Source: Raja brachyura
Lineage: Eukaryota
DNA: 64,000 nucleotides
Reading direction: 5' to 3'
Assembly (NCBI GenBank): GCA_963514005.1
Contig: OY740789.1
Location: 68,014,001-68,078,000 of the forward strand
The notes below the pieces were generated by a model, which ran no database searches, was not told the origin of the DNA, and saw only the letters and a program-made list of their open reading frames with translations. Below, one piece after another: positions 37,541 through 49,639 of this stretch. Each line of letters opens with the position of its first letter. Position 1 is the first letter of the stretch. The position numbers and the translations under genes are program-made.

Positions 37541-37909
37541 GAATTTACCTAATATAATCTTGGGCATGCAAGAAGAGTTAAAATTGCTTTAAGTAGTTAA
37601 GCTTTATTAAATTAAGTTTATTTTTATTTAAAATGTCAATTTGCTGAGAAATAGAAACAAGTTAAACTTATCTTAGTAAAAGTCTCTGTTCAAATGAATG
37701 GGGCTAGGTACATCAAATGTGATTGGTGTATTATTAAGGGACGAGATGTGAAATGTATTGGCCCCTTGGCACAGTAAATTACAGAACATCAACGTGTAGT
37801 GGATGTGTGGAAAAAGCTGCCAGAGAAGATAGTTAAGGCAGGGACTATCCTAACATTTAAGAAGCAGTTAGACAGACACATGGGTAGGACATGTTTGGAG
37901 TGATATGGA

Positions 37910-40514
37910 CCATAGCTGCAGGAGTCGGCCATTTCGCCCTTTGAGCCAGCATTGCCATTCAAGGTGATCATAGCTGATCATCCACAATCAGTACCCCGTT
38001 CCTGCCTTCTCCCCAAAACCCCTGAGTCTGCTATCTTCAAGAGCCCTATCTAGCCCTCTTGAAAGTTTCCAGAGAACTGGCCTCCACCGTCCTCTGAGGC
38101 AGAGAATTCCACAAACTCACAACTTACTGTGTGGAAAAAGTGTTTCCTCACCTCCATTCTAAAAGGCTTACCCCTTATTCTTAAACTGTGGCCCTTGGTT
38201 CTGGACTCCCCCAACATTGGAAACATGTTTCCTGCCTCTAGCATGTCCAAACCCTTAATCTTATGTTCCAATAAGATATCCCCTCATCTAAATTCCATGG
38301 TATACAAGCCCAGCTGCTCCATTCTCGAAGCATATGACAGTCCCGCCATCCTGGGAATTAACCTTGTGAACCTACGTTGCACTCTCTCAATAGCAGGAAT
38401 GTCCGTCCTCAAATTTGGAGACCAAAACTGCACACAATACTCCAGGTGGGGTCTCACTAGGACCCTGTACAATTGCAGAAGGACCTCTTTGCTCCTATGC
38501 TCAACTCCTCTTGTTATGAAGGCCAACATGCCATTTGCTTTCTTCACTGCCTGCTGTACCTGCATGCTTAATTTCATTGACTGAGGAACAAGGACCCCAG
38601 ATCCCGTTGTACTTCCCCTTTTCCCAACTTGACACCATTTAGATAATCCTTCCTATTTTTGCTACCAAAGTGGATAACCTCACATTTATTCACATTAAAC
38701 TGCATCTGCCCACTCGCCCAACCTGTCCAAGTCACCCTGCATTCTCATAGCATCCTCCTCACAGTTCACACTACCACCTAGCTTTGTGTCATCTGCAAAT
38801 TTGCTAATGTTACTTGTAATCCCTTCATCTAAATCATTGATGTATGTTGTAAATAACTGCGGTCCCAGCACCGAGCCTTGCAGTACCCCACTAGTCACTG
38901 CCTGCCATTCTGAAAGGGACCCGTTAATTCCTACTCTTTGTTTCCTGTCTGCCAATCAATTTTCTATCCATGGCAGCACTCTACCCCCAATACCATGTGC
39001 CCTAATTTTGCCCACTAATCTCCTATGTGGGACCTTATCAAATGCTTTCTGAAAGTCCAGGTGCACTACATCCACTGGCTCGCCCTTGTCCATTTTCCTA
39101 CTTACATCCTCAAAAAATTCCAGATGATTAGTCAAGCATGAATTCCCCTTCGTAAATCCATGCTGACTCGGACCGATCCTGTTATTGCTATCCAAATGTG
39201 CCACTATTTCATCTTTTGATTGACCAGCATCCTCCCCACCACCGATGTCAAGCTAACTGGCCTATAATTCCTTGTTTTCTCTCTTCCGCCTTTCTTATAA
39301 ACTGGGATAACATTAGCCAATCCACAGAAACTGATCCTGAATCTATAGACCAATGCATCCACGATTTCTACAGCCACTTCCTTAAGTACCCTGGGATGCA
39401 GACCATCAGGCCCTGGGAATTTATCAGCCTTCAGTCCCATCAGTCTACACAACACGATTTCCTGCCTAATGTGGATTTCCTTCAGTTCCTCTGTCACCCC
39501 AGATCATCTGGCCACTAGTATATCAGAAAGATTGTTTGTGTCCTCAGTGAAGACGGATCCAAAGTACCTGTTCAACTCATCTGCCAATTCCTTGTTCCCC
39601 ATCATAAATTCACCTTTTTCAGTCTTCAAGGGTCCAACTTTGGTCTTAACTATTTTTTTTCCTCTTCACATACCTAAAGCTTTTACTATCCTCCTTTATA
39701 TTCTTGGCTAGCTTACCTTCGTACCTCATCTTTTCTCCTCATATTGCCTTTTTAGTTATTTTCTGTTGCTCTTTAAACATTACTCACTCCCCTTGGAATC
39801 TTTCTTCATCTTTGGAATGAACTGATCCTGCACCTTCTGTATTATTCCCAGAAATACCTGCCATTGTTGTTCCACTGTCATCCCTGCTAGAGTATATTTC
39901 CTGTCAACTTTGGCCAGCTCATCCCTCATGGCTCCATAGTCCCCTTTGTTCAACTGTAATACTGACTCCTCCGATTTATCCTTCTCCCTCTCAAATTGTA
40001 TATTAAAACTTACCATATTATGGTCTCTACCTCCTAATAGCACCTTAACCTCAAGTTCCCTTATCAAATCCGGTTCATTACACAACACTAAATCTAGAAT
40101 TGCCTTCTCCCTGGTTGATTCCAGTATAAGCTGCTCTAAGAATCCATCACGGAGGCACCCCCCAAACTCCCTTTCTTCGGGTCCAGTAGCAACCTGATTT
40201 TCCCAGTCTACGTGCATGTTGAAATCTCCCATAACAACCATAGCATTACCTTTGTGACATGCCAATTTTAACTCTTGATTCAACTTACACCCTATATCCA
40301 GGCTACTTTTTGGGGGCGTGTAGATAAGTCCCATTAGGATCTTTTTACCTTTGCACTTCCTTAGTTCTATCCATACTGACTCCATATCTCCTGTTTCAAT
40401 GTCACCCCTTGCAAGGGACTGAATTTCATTCCTCACCAACAGAGCTACCCCACCCCCTCTGCCCACCTGTCTGTCTTTTTGATAGGATGTATACCCTTGT
40501 ATATTCATTTTCAT
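37910..40514 (-). mobile_element. CR1 LINE, near-complete ORF2 (endonuclease + RT) with stops/deletions and 3' UTR
   Basis: ORFs 39780..40514 (GRGGGVALLV, MGDFN, ILDLVL), 39204..39497, 38956..39204, 38695..38955 (FADDTK), 38284..38577. Confidence 0.93.
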
Positions 40515-41828
40515 GAATTAAAATTGAGTTGTATGTTCTACGTGTCAATCATCTTTGTAAATTAGTTGAAACGGGACAGTTTTTTGCTTGTTTCAGGACT
40601 TTTCTTGACACTTCCTGAAAATTTTAATTTTTCATTGTTTAGTTATTGGATACGTTCTAAAAATTAAGTTTATTTTTAAACTGAATCACGGATTCTTATT
40701 GATAAACAAAATGAATGTCCTGCAAATTCCCTATGAGTTTACCGCTGTTATCGATAAAATTTCTTTGAAGGCTTTACTGCCTTTTTCCAGTCATCAATTA
40801 ACCCCCACTGATAACCTTTTCATAAACCTTGCTAAATATTGTAATTCATTACAGTGTCTATCAGCATCCCTGAACAACAAACTCGTTTGTTTTTTGAGTA
40901 GCTGTGCCACCCAATTTTTAAAAAAGTGCTATGTTGCCTAATTTAATCTGTGGAGTTGGTAGAGGCATTATAACTGTTATCAATATCTCTGGATAAGCCT
41001 GGTTAAAGTGAATGAATAAGTATACAACTCCCTAGCCTATCCAGCATTTTCTGCTGGCTGTGCATGTTTGCACATCGGGTGAGGGCACAATCAAGCTTGT
41101 CTATGATACCCCTGCCACTGAATAGCTTACTAATACTGCCATAACTCACAGCTGAATAATGGCTACTCTGGTGAAGTACTGGATGTCTGTGGAACAGCAT
41201 CCCTTTAAGGAAGCCATCATATTCATTGGATGAAAGGTAGAAATAGATTACATAAGGTCTTTATTCTAACTTGGTACTCTCATTTATCCTTCCCCAAGCA
41301 ATGGGTTGGTGTATGAGCTGCAAATATCATCTCATTGTGTGACTCACAAAAGCCTGATGATGTTTCAGTTAATTGATCAGTATTGATAGGCTGGTATAGG
41401 GAACTGAGTTACTATAGCAACATTTTCTTTAAAGTTTTAGCATCTTTTATATGAAATTACTTGTTGATCTTTGCTGGGGCTGCACTTGGATATCTAAGAT
41501 CAAATGTAGGCTTCCTGTGAAGTGGTGTTAGAAGATGGAAATTAAATGGGTGAAGTGGTGTACAAACAGAAATGCTGTCCGCACATTATTTATTTTACAT
41601 GCACAATACAAATACAGTTTATTTATATTTTGTTCGACCATCAGTGACATTCCCATCTCTCAATTTTGTTTTTGGATTGGGTATTGCTGAGAAGACCAGT
41701 GTTTATTGTCCATCCTTAATTTTTCTTGAGCAGTGGTTTGTTGGTGGACCATTTTTCTGCTGATCTGGTGTATAGGTAGGCTGAAATAGAGGGTAGCAAA
41801 CTTGTTCTCCTAAAAAAACACCAGTCAA

Positions 41829-41995
41829 CCAATCTACACTAGTCCTACCTGCCTATGCTTGTTCTATATACCTCTCAAACTATCCCATCCATGTACCTGT
41901 CCAAATGTCTCTTGAACATTTGGACAGGTACATGGATGGGATAGTTTGAGAGGTATATAGAACAAGCATAGGCAGGTAGGACTAGTGTAGATTGG
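41829..41995. repeat. Perfect 80-bp inverted repeat with 7-nt spacer (CR1 3' UTR derived)
   Basis: 41829-41908 is the exact reverse complement of 41916-41995. Confidence 0.95.
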
Positions 41996-42019
41996 ACATG
42001 TCAGTTGTCAAAAGACCTT

Positions 42020-42460
42020 GCTGATATGTGCCTCAACTACCTCTTTCGGCAGCTTGTTCCATATACCCACCACACTTTGGGGGGAAAAAAGTTACCCCTC
42101 AGGCACCTATTAAATCTTTCTCCCGACACTTTAAACCTATGTCCTCTGGTTCTCGATTCCCCTACTCTGGAGCAAAAGACTCTGTGCATCTACCTTATCT
42201 ATTCCTCTCATGCTCTTGTACACCTCTATTAGATCACCCCTCATCCTCCTGTGCTCCAAAGAATAAAGTCCTATCCTGCTCAACCTCTCAGGCCCTCAAG
42301 TCCTGGCAACATCCTCATAAATCTTCTCTGCTTTTCCAGCTTGACAACAACTTTCCTATAACATGGTGACCAAAACTGAATACAATGTTCTAACTGGCTT
42401 CACCAATCTCTTATACAGCTGTAACATGACCTCCCAATTTCTATACACAATACCTTTCTC
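42020..42460 (-). mobile_element. CR1 3' fragment
   Basis: ggtgaccaaaactgaatacaatgttctaactggcttcacc ~ VKPVRTLYSVLV(SP), reverse of RPHLEYCVQFWSP region. Confidence 0.7.
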
Positions 42461-42545
42461 TTGGCCTATGCATCAACAAATAATATTCTATTCTGATGCA
42501 GACTCTGGGGAGATTTTAGCAGCACTTAGACAACTGGTGTGATGT

Positions 42546-42631
42546 CTGAAGAAGGGTCTCGGCCCGAAAGTCACCCATTCCTCTCCAGAGATGCTGCCTG
42601 TCCGGCTGAGTTACTGCAGCATTTTGTGTCT
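42546..42631 (+). repeat. Penelope-derived repeat starting at a hammerhead core, 13-bp TSD
   Basis: CTGAAGA-agggtctcggccc-GAAA; TSD actggtgtgatgt at 42533-42545 and 42632-42644. Confidence 0.8.
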
Positions 42632-42819
42632 ACTGGTGTGATGTGTCAATCTGGGATATGAGTGAGTAATGGTTTCCCTGTGAACATTAAAAGCAGATGA
42701 TCCTAAGGTAGGTGGTTGTGAGAAAGACGCAGAGGAGAGAAGTAAGCAGTCTCTGGAATGGGCTGAGATGTGACAGTTTAAATGGGAAAATATAAGGTAA
42801 AGTACCCTGTTTTTTTAAA

Positions 42820-44195
42820 GAAAGACACAAGCAACTGCAGATGCAAAAGTAAATGCAACGTTCTGCAGTAAAAGTTGGCTGGCCACATCTGTGAAGAATA
42901 TGGTTAGGTGATGTTTTGGGTTGGGTTCCTCCTCCAAACTGATTGTAGTAGGGGGAAAAAAGCTGGAAAAGAGGTGGGGCGGGGCATAGCTGGTTATAGA
43001 TGAAGGTGGTTTTGATTGGCAGATGGTTGGACAAAAGCCAGAGATGATAAGACAAAAGGTGATGAGATAAGGAGAGAAGAGATATGAAATTCAGAATCAG
43101 GAATACATATTGGTTGGGGGGGGGGGGGGGGGGGGCGCACAGAGAGTGAGGGAGAAATGGGTGCACATTCTGGTTGCTAACAGTTTTAACTACCCTTCCC
43201 ATTCCCATGCTGATCTTTCATTCCTCTATTGCCAGAGTGAGGCCAAACGCAAAGTGGAGGAACAGCACCTCATATTCTCTTTGTAGCAATGTTACTACAT
43301 TTTGAGATTTTAAAAATCGTCTGCAATTTATCCCATCAGATGACGCATAAAAATAAGTTTAATTTGTCACATAATTCACTTTCATATCTTCAGTATTAAA
43401 AAAGTTATGGCCATTTTCATACTCTGAAATTAGCTTCTTGTTCCCTATTGCTTTTCCATTGACTGAACTCAAAAGCTGTGATCAAGGACAGTCAAAAGCC
43501 CATAACTTTCTTAAAAATTAAGAGAACTGAATGAAATTTTCAGTTATTATAGATTGAAGCATTCTGAAACAAATATGAAACAATCTTACTTGGATGACCT
43601 GAAATTAAAGCATATAATTAGTTAGTTACCTAATTGTAGCTAATTACAAAATTACATCTATCCGTTTCTTGAGAAAAGGTTAACATTTTTAAATAGTCTA
43701 ATTGTCCAAATAACATTCACACAAGAATTCACAATATAACATGATTTTAAAATCTCATTGGCATGAATTTATAGGCCAAATGGAAGGAGTGTTTAATTCC
43801 CGTTAATTAATGGGCATTTTAATCATCTTGCGAGTGGGTTTTTGTGGAACGCGATCGATTGGAAAGTTGCGGTTGCAGTGAATTTGAACCCCATATCGGC
43901 AGGAAAATCACTGCCGGTTCGTATGGGGCCAAAATCGCATTTTCGCCAATGAAATTTGGATGAAAGTCATCCTAAGAAGCAAGTTTATATGTAAAATAAA
44001 CGACTTGCCTTATGTTTTGTCCCCTACTTGAGATCTGTCCCGTTGTAGGGGTTGACGGCGTTAGAAGTTGCTTTTTAATTTTACTCCAGCGATTTTTTTT
44101 ACAAAACATCCGAGAACGGAAGTCGGAACGATTTTTCTGCAGCAGCTGAACAGCCTGAGAAAGTTCGACTCCAACAGGCAGGAGAAGATGGCATT

Positions 44196-44232
<37 letters not shown>

Positions 44233-44360
44233 CAGGCACCAAAGTCGCGCACACGGCCAGTAGCAGAACTGCAGCACCGCTGAAGGTGAGTATTGTAACA
44301 TCGCTACTCTTTGATTAACTTACAACCCAATGGTATGAACAATGAATTTACCAATTTGTG
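42820..44360. mobile_element. Penelope-like element remnant: inverted pLTR (minus) joined to GIY-YIG endonuclease C-terminus (plus), split by a DNA transposon
   Basis: Plus strand ~43165-43283 and 44314-44357 reads VANSFNYPSHSH..CQSEAKRK.EEQHLIF..LQPNGMNNEFTN. Confidence 0.7.
43284..44306 (+). mobile_element. Non-autonomous DNA transposon, copy 2 (7-bp TSD)
   Basis: TIR tagcaatgttac / gtaacatcgcta; TSD ctctttg at 43277-43283 and 44307-44313. Confidence 0.9.
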
Positions 44361-44749
44361 GAATTCACCCATTCTCTCCAGAGATGCTGCCTGTCCCACT
44401 GAGTTGCTCCAGCATTTTGTGTCTATCTTTGATTCCTAAAGTAATAGGTTTGTCATATGAAGACACATTAAGTAGACTTTACTGAGTTCTTATGAGAGGT
44501 GACCTCACAACAACATTACATGTTGCGATCTTGAATATGAGTGAGCAATGTTTTCCCTGAGAAACACACCCCCCCCCCAAAAAAAACACGTTTATGTGGT
44601 TTTAAAAAAAAAACATACCCTGCGCATTTGGCATTTCCAATCTGGATAAAAAAGAAACTGACTACCTTATAATTGTGTATATACTTCTATTGGGTCTCCC
44701 CTCAACCTCTGATGCTTCAGGGAAAACAATACAAGGACATGGGTCACAT

Positions 44750-44862
44750 CTCCCCCTTCCACCCCCCAGTATAATCAGTCTGAAGAAGGGTCCCGACCCA
44801 AAACGTCACCTATCCATTTTCTCCAGAGATGCTACCACACCTGCTGAGTTACACCAACACTT
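44750..44862 (+). repeat. Penelope-derived repeat with hammerhead-like core
   Basis: cagtCTGAAGAagggtcccgacccAAAAcgtcacc (GAAA mutated). Confidence 0.7.
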
Positions 44863-47369
44863 ATATTTGGATACGTAAGTTGCTGGCCTACAGTTTGGCG
44901 GAGGCAGGAATTAATATAATACTTGCACATGTATTCTGTAAAATAATGTATTTGTAACCTTATTGGGCTATTGAACACTAAGAATCTGGATGTCATAGTT
45001 TTATTTTTAGCAGTAGTGGTAATGGCAGACTGAGTGGCCTTAGTCCTTGCAGTCGCTTATAATGATTTTAAAGTACAGGTAGACACGACTAGAACTTTAA
45101 GGCTCTAATAACTTGAGTTGCAGTTTTAATTTTTCTTATTTTCCTGGCTCTCTTAAAAAATGTTTTCACAGAACGAGCCTGTGCTTTGAAATTTGGGATG
45201 TTAATGCTGTTACTCCATTGGGATTTTCCTTGGCATTTGTGCACTGCAATAGTTTTCAGCTGAAGCCTGGTATAGATTTTGTTTCATGTGGGCATGTAAA
45301 TTGCAAATGCAACTCTACACAAATTGTCAGTGAACATCACCCGATTTCGGATCTTTTGATTTAAAGAAAGGTTGTTGAGGCATCTGAGATGGTTGCAACA
45401 AACTGCAATGCAGAATCCCACAATATCCTGAGAGTGGAATTATTGCCCCCTGCAACCACAACCGTCTTCCCTTAGATGAGGCATCACCCCAACCATTGGA
45501 ATATTTGTTTATTTGATGCTCATTGACCTGTTTAACCCGAACCTCTTGATGCCATTTTAGTGTCCTGGTCTCAAGGATGATCAATCTTACCTGTACTTTA
45601 AACTTTGTGTATTTGGTTTACATCTGGAGCAAGAGTGTGATTAAGTGCTCGCCAAAGTGGGTGTTGGTTACTAAGTGTCACTTGATAACAGTGTTGACGA
45701 ATCTTCTGTTACAAATCATTTGGTGATTGAGTAGGCTGGGTTGTAATTAGTTGGATTGAATTTTCTGTACCCCTCCACCCTACCAAATTAGTTAAAACCT
45801 CCAATTACCTGAACTATCCTACAAGGATTTAGACACTTGGATTTTGTACAGATGCAAGTACAATAGTACGTTGCAACAGCTAGGCTTGAGGTGTGCATAA
45901 TTCTGGAGTGTGTCTAACAGAGCTGGAATGTTGTTAGATCCATGGCCTTTACTGTATCTAGCAATTTCAACCCTTTTTATATATTACATGGAAACCTAAT
46001 TGGCTGAATCCTGATCTCTGTACTGATTTGGGTTGTTTTTTTAAGATCCCAGATGGACCATCCATGTGGCATTTCAGACTGCTATTGCAAAGATTGTGAA
46101 CGTTCTTGGAGTCCCCTTTTTTTTTGGCTGTTCTAATGTCCACCACTGTTGATGAACAGAATGAGGACCCCACGGGCCAGTTTGGTTATTATAGCTCTAT
46201 TTATTACTTGGTACAGCACTTAGTGTATATTGCAGCTTCCAGGTTGGTACATTGTTTTCAACTATGCTTGGTGTTGCTCATTGGATTGGGCTTGATTGTA
46301 ATAGTGATAATGCCCGGCCTTTATTGCAGATTGTGGTAGTTGTTGCCAATCGTCAATAATGCCTCGTAGTTCCAAGCATTTTGGCTATTATTAGTTATTT
46401 ATTTACTTGTCGTACCATCACTGTCTACTTCAGGGAACAAAAACATAAAAGAACAAAGAAACAGAAGTTGGCAACTTGACCCTCTTTACTTGCTGTGCCA
46501 TTCAGTAAACTCAGAGATCTTTTATTGCAGAAGCACTTTTCTGCAATAACTCCTTATCCCTTGTTTCTTAAATATTTAAAAGGTTTGGAGTTGATCACAC
46601 TGCTGTTCATAGTAGCTTATAATGATGCCATGAGAATATTACTTAAGAGACCTACATGGTGGAGTGCAAGTGAAATGTTTGTGGCTGCAGGAGTCAATAT
46701 TTTACGAACTGTCTTAAGAAATCTTATGTATGAATTTAATTACCGGATCAATTACTGAAACAGAAATCACCTTGACCGTATCTAACATAAGGTTTAGCAC
46801 TACACGCTGCCAATCCCAGCTGTGGGGACATTGGTTTAGTTGTCTTGTTGTAGGGCACTGATTTTTTTTAAATTCTTGATCTTAAACCATATATTGTGCT
46901 TTTGGATGCGATTTATTGTGCTTTTGTAAGTAATTTACTGTGCTTTTGTATGTGATTTATTGTGCCTTTGTTTGCAATTTATTCAATGTAATGTCTTGCC
47001 TTTTATCTGAACCTTGAGTCTGTAATAAAAAGTAAGAAGAAGAATACATAATTACAATGATACCAAATTGGATGAAATAGTCATGGAGCTGTACAGCACA
47101 GAAACGGGCCCTTATGCCATCCTTGTCTACGCTGGCGCATTGGGCTAGTCCCATTTGCCTGGATTTGGGACCTTGACAAAGGCCTCACTAAAGACAATCT
47201 GGACAATGTCTATTTCCTCATCAATCCTATTGGTTTATTGATTGAAAGAAACTCAACAAATTTGTGCGGCACATGCATGATGCCATGCTGACTATATCTA
47301 ATCAGTCTATGCCTAACCCAATGCTGGTATCTGTCCCTAAGAATCCCCCTCTAACACCTTTCATAAATC

Positions 47370-48230
47370 ATAAGTTCAGAAGTCATTGGTGCAGAGTTAG
47401 GCCATTTGGCCCATCAAGTCTACTCCACCATTCAATCATGGCTGATATCTTTCCCTGCCAACCCCATTCTTCTGCTTTCGCTATGTAATCTTTGACACCC
47501 TTACTAATGAAGAACATCATTCTCCGCTTTAAATGTACCCAATGACTTTGCCTCCACAGCCATCTGTGGCAAAGAATTCCCCAGAATCACCACCCTCTGG
47601 CTAAAGAAATTCCTCCTCATCTCCTCTCTAAAAGTACATTTTATTCTGAGGCTATCCTAGACTCTTCCAATAGTGGAAATACCCTCTTCACAGCCACTAT
47701 ATCCAGGTTTTTCACTATTCAGTAAGTTTCAATGAAATCCCCCTCATCCTTCTAAACTCCAGAAATTATAGGCCATGAAACACCTGTATTACATTAACCC
47801 AATCATCTCTGGGATCATTCTTGTAAACTTTCTCTGGACCCTTTCCAATGCCAGCACATCCCTTGTCAGATACGAGGCCCACAATAGTCCATAGATAGAC
47901 ACAAAATGCTGGAGTAACACAGCGGGACAGGCAGCATCTCTGGATATAAGGAATGGGTGACGTTTCATTTCGAGACCCTTCAGACTGGTCTCGACCCGAA
48001 ACGTCACCCATTCCTTATTTCCAGAGATGCTGCCTGTCCCGCTGAGTTGCTCCAGCATTTTGTGTCTATTTTCTGTTTTAAACCAGCATCTGCAGTTCCT
48101 TCCTACACAATACTCCAAATGTGGTCTGACCATCACCTGATAAAGCCTCAGCATTGCATCCCTGTTTTTGTATTCTAGACTCCTTGAAATCAACGCTTTC
48201 TACCGATTCAACCTGCAAATAGCCTTTTCT
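47370..48230 (-). mobile_element. CR1 3' fragment interrupted by a Penelope-derived palindrome
   Basis: LYQVMVRPHLEYCV|...|LERVQRKFTRMIP. Confidence 0.8.
47892..48105. repeat. Palindromic Penelope-derived repeat with ~12-bp TSD
   Basis: Inverted arms; cacaata(g/c)tcca at 47880-47891 and 48106-48117. Confidence 0.8.
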
Positions 48231-48597
48231 TCCACTGACGTTAGGATCATCAGCTTGTAGCTCCCTACTTGCTCTTGCTGATATTACCGATGATTTAGCT
48301 GTTCTGGCAAATAACATATGATCTTTTTGAACTGATTTTTCTTTAATTCTGCATGTGAAGCTTATGTTACTGCAGAAAGTTGAATACTAATTTGTACAAG
48401 CCAGATAGATTCCACCTCAACAGAGCTGGAACCAAGGTACTTGTAGGAAATTTTTCTGCTGCTGCTGGAGGTTTGAACTCATTAGACAGGAAGAATGCAA
48501 GAAGGGGGGAAAAAGGAGCAAAAAAGCATTTGGAGAGATAAATGGCACCAAAACTGCAAGAACACGAGATAGATGACTAAGATGGGTTTGCAATATG

Positions 48598-49631
48598 TAG
48601 CAATGTTAAAAAATTTTGGGATTTTAAAAATCAAGTCTGCAATTTATCCCTTCAGATAAAGCATAAAAAGAAGTTTAATTTGACACCTAATTCACTTTCA
48701 TATCTTCAGTATTAAGAAAGTTATGACCATTTTCATACTCGGAAATTAGCATCTTGTTCCCCATTGCCTTTCAATTGACTTAACTCAAAAGCTGTGATCT
48801 AGAACAGTTAAAAGCCCATAACTTTCTTAAAAATTAAGAGAACTCAATGAAATTTTCAGTTATTATAGATTGAAGCATTCTGAAACAAATATGAAACAAT
48901 CTTACTTGGATGACCTGAAATTAAAGCATATAATTAGTTAGTTATCTAATTGTAGCTAATTACAAAATTCAATGAGTAGATCTAAACATCTATCCATTTC
49001 TTAAGAAAAGATAAACTTTTTTAAAATTGCCTAAGTGTCCAAATAACATTCACACAATAATCCACAATATAACATAATTTTTAAATCTCATTTTCATGAA
49101 TTTCTAGGCCAAATGGAAGGAATTTAGTGTTTAATGCCTGTAAATGAATGGCATTTAAATCAACTAGCGAGTGGGTTTTAGTGGAATGCGGTGGATTGGA
49201 ACGTTGCGGTTTGCGGTGAAGTCGGGAGGAAAAAATACTGTTGGTTCATACATTTTTTTGGACCCCATTTCGCAACATGAAAATGTGATTAAAGCCTCCC
49301 TAAAAACAACTTTTAATATAAAAATAAACTGTGTACCTTTTTTATCTCCCCTATGCAAAGTCCTTCCCGTTGTCGGCGGTCACGGCTTTTGAAGGTGATT
49401 TTTAAATTACTCTAGTTAATAAATAATCTAGCGTAATTTAAAAATACCTTCATGAATGAAATGTCGGAGCGATTTTTCTTCCGCTACGAAATCGCCCGAC
49501 ATGGAGCGATTTTCCCAGTCTGCAGAAAAACGGCACTTTAAGCCCGCCCCCCTCTGAAAGGCGCCAAAGTCACGCACACGGGGAGCGGCAGAACTGCAGT
49601 GCTGCTCAAGGTAAGTTTTGTAACATACCTA
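48598..49631 (+). mobile_element. Non-autonomous DNA transposon, copy 3 (7-bp TSD)
   Basis: TIR tagcaatgtta / taacataccta; TSD caatatg at 48591-48597 and 49632-49638. Confidence 0.9.
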
Positions 49632-49639
49632 CAATATGT

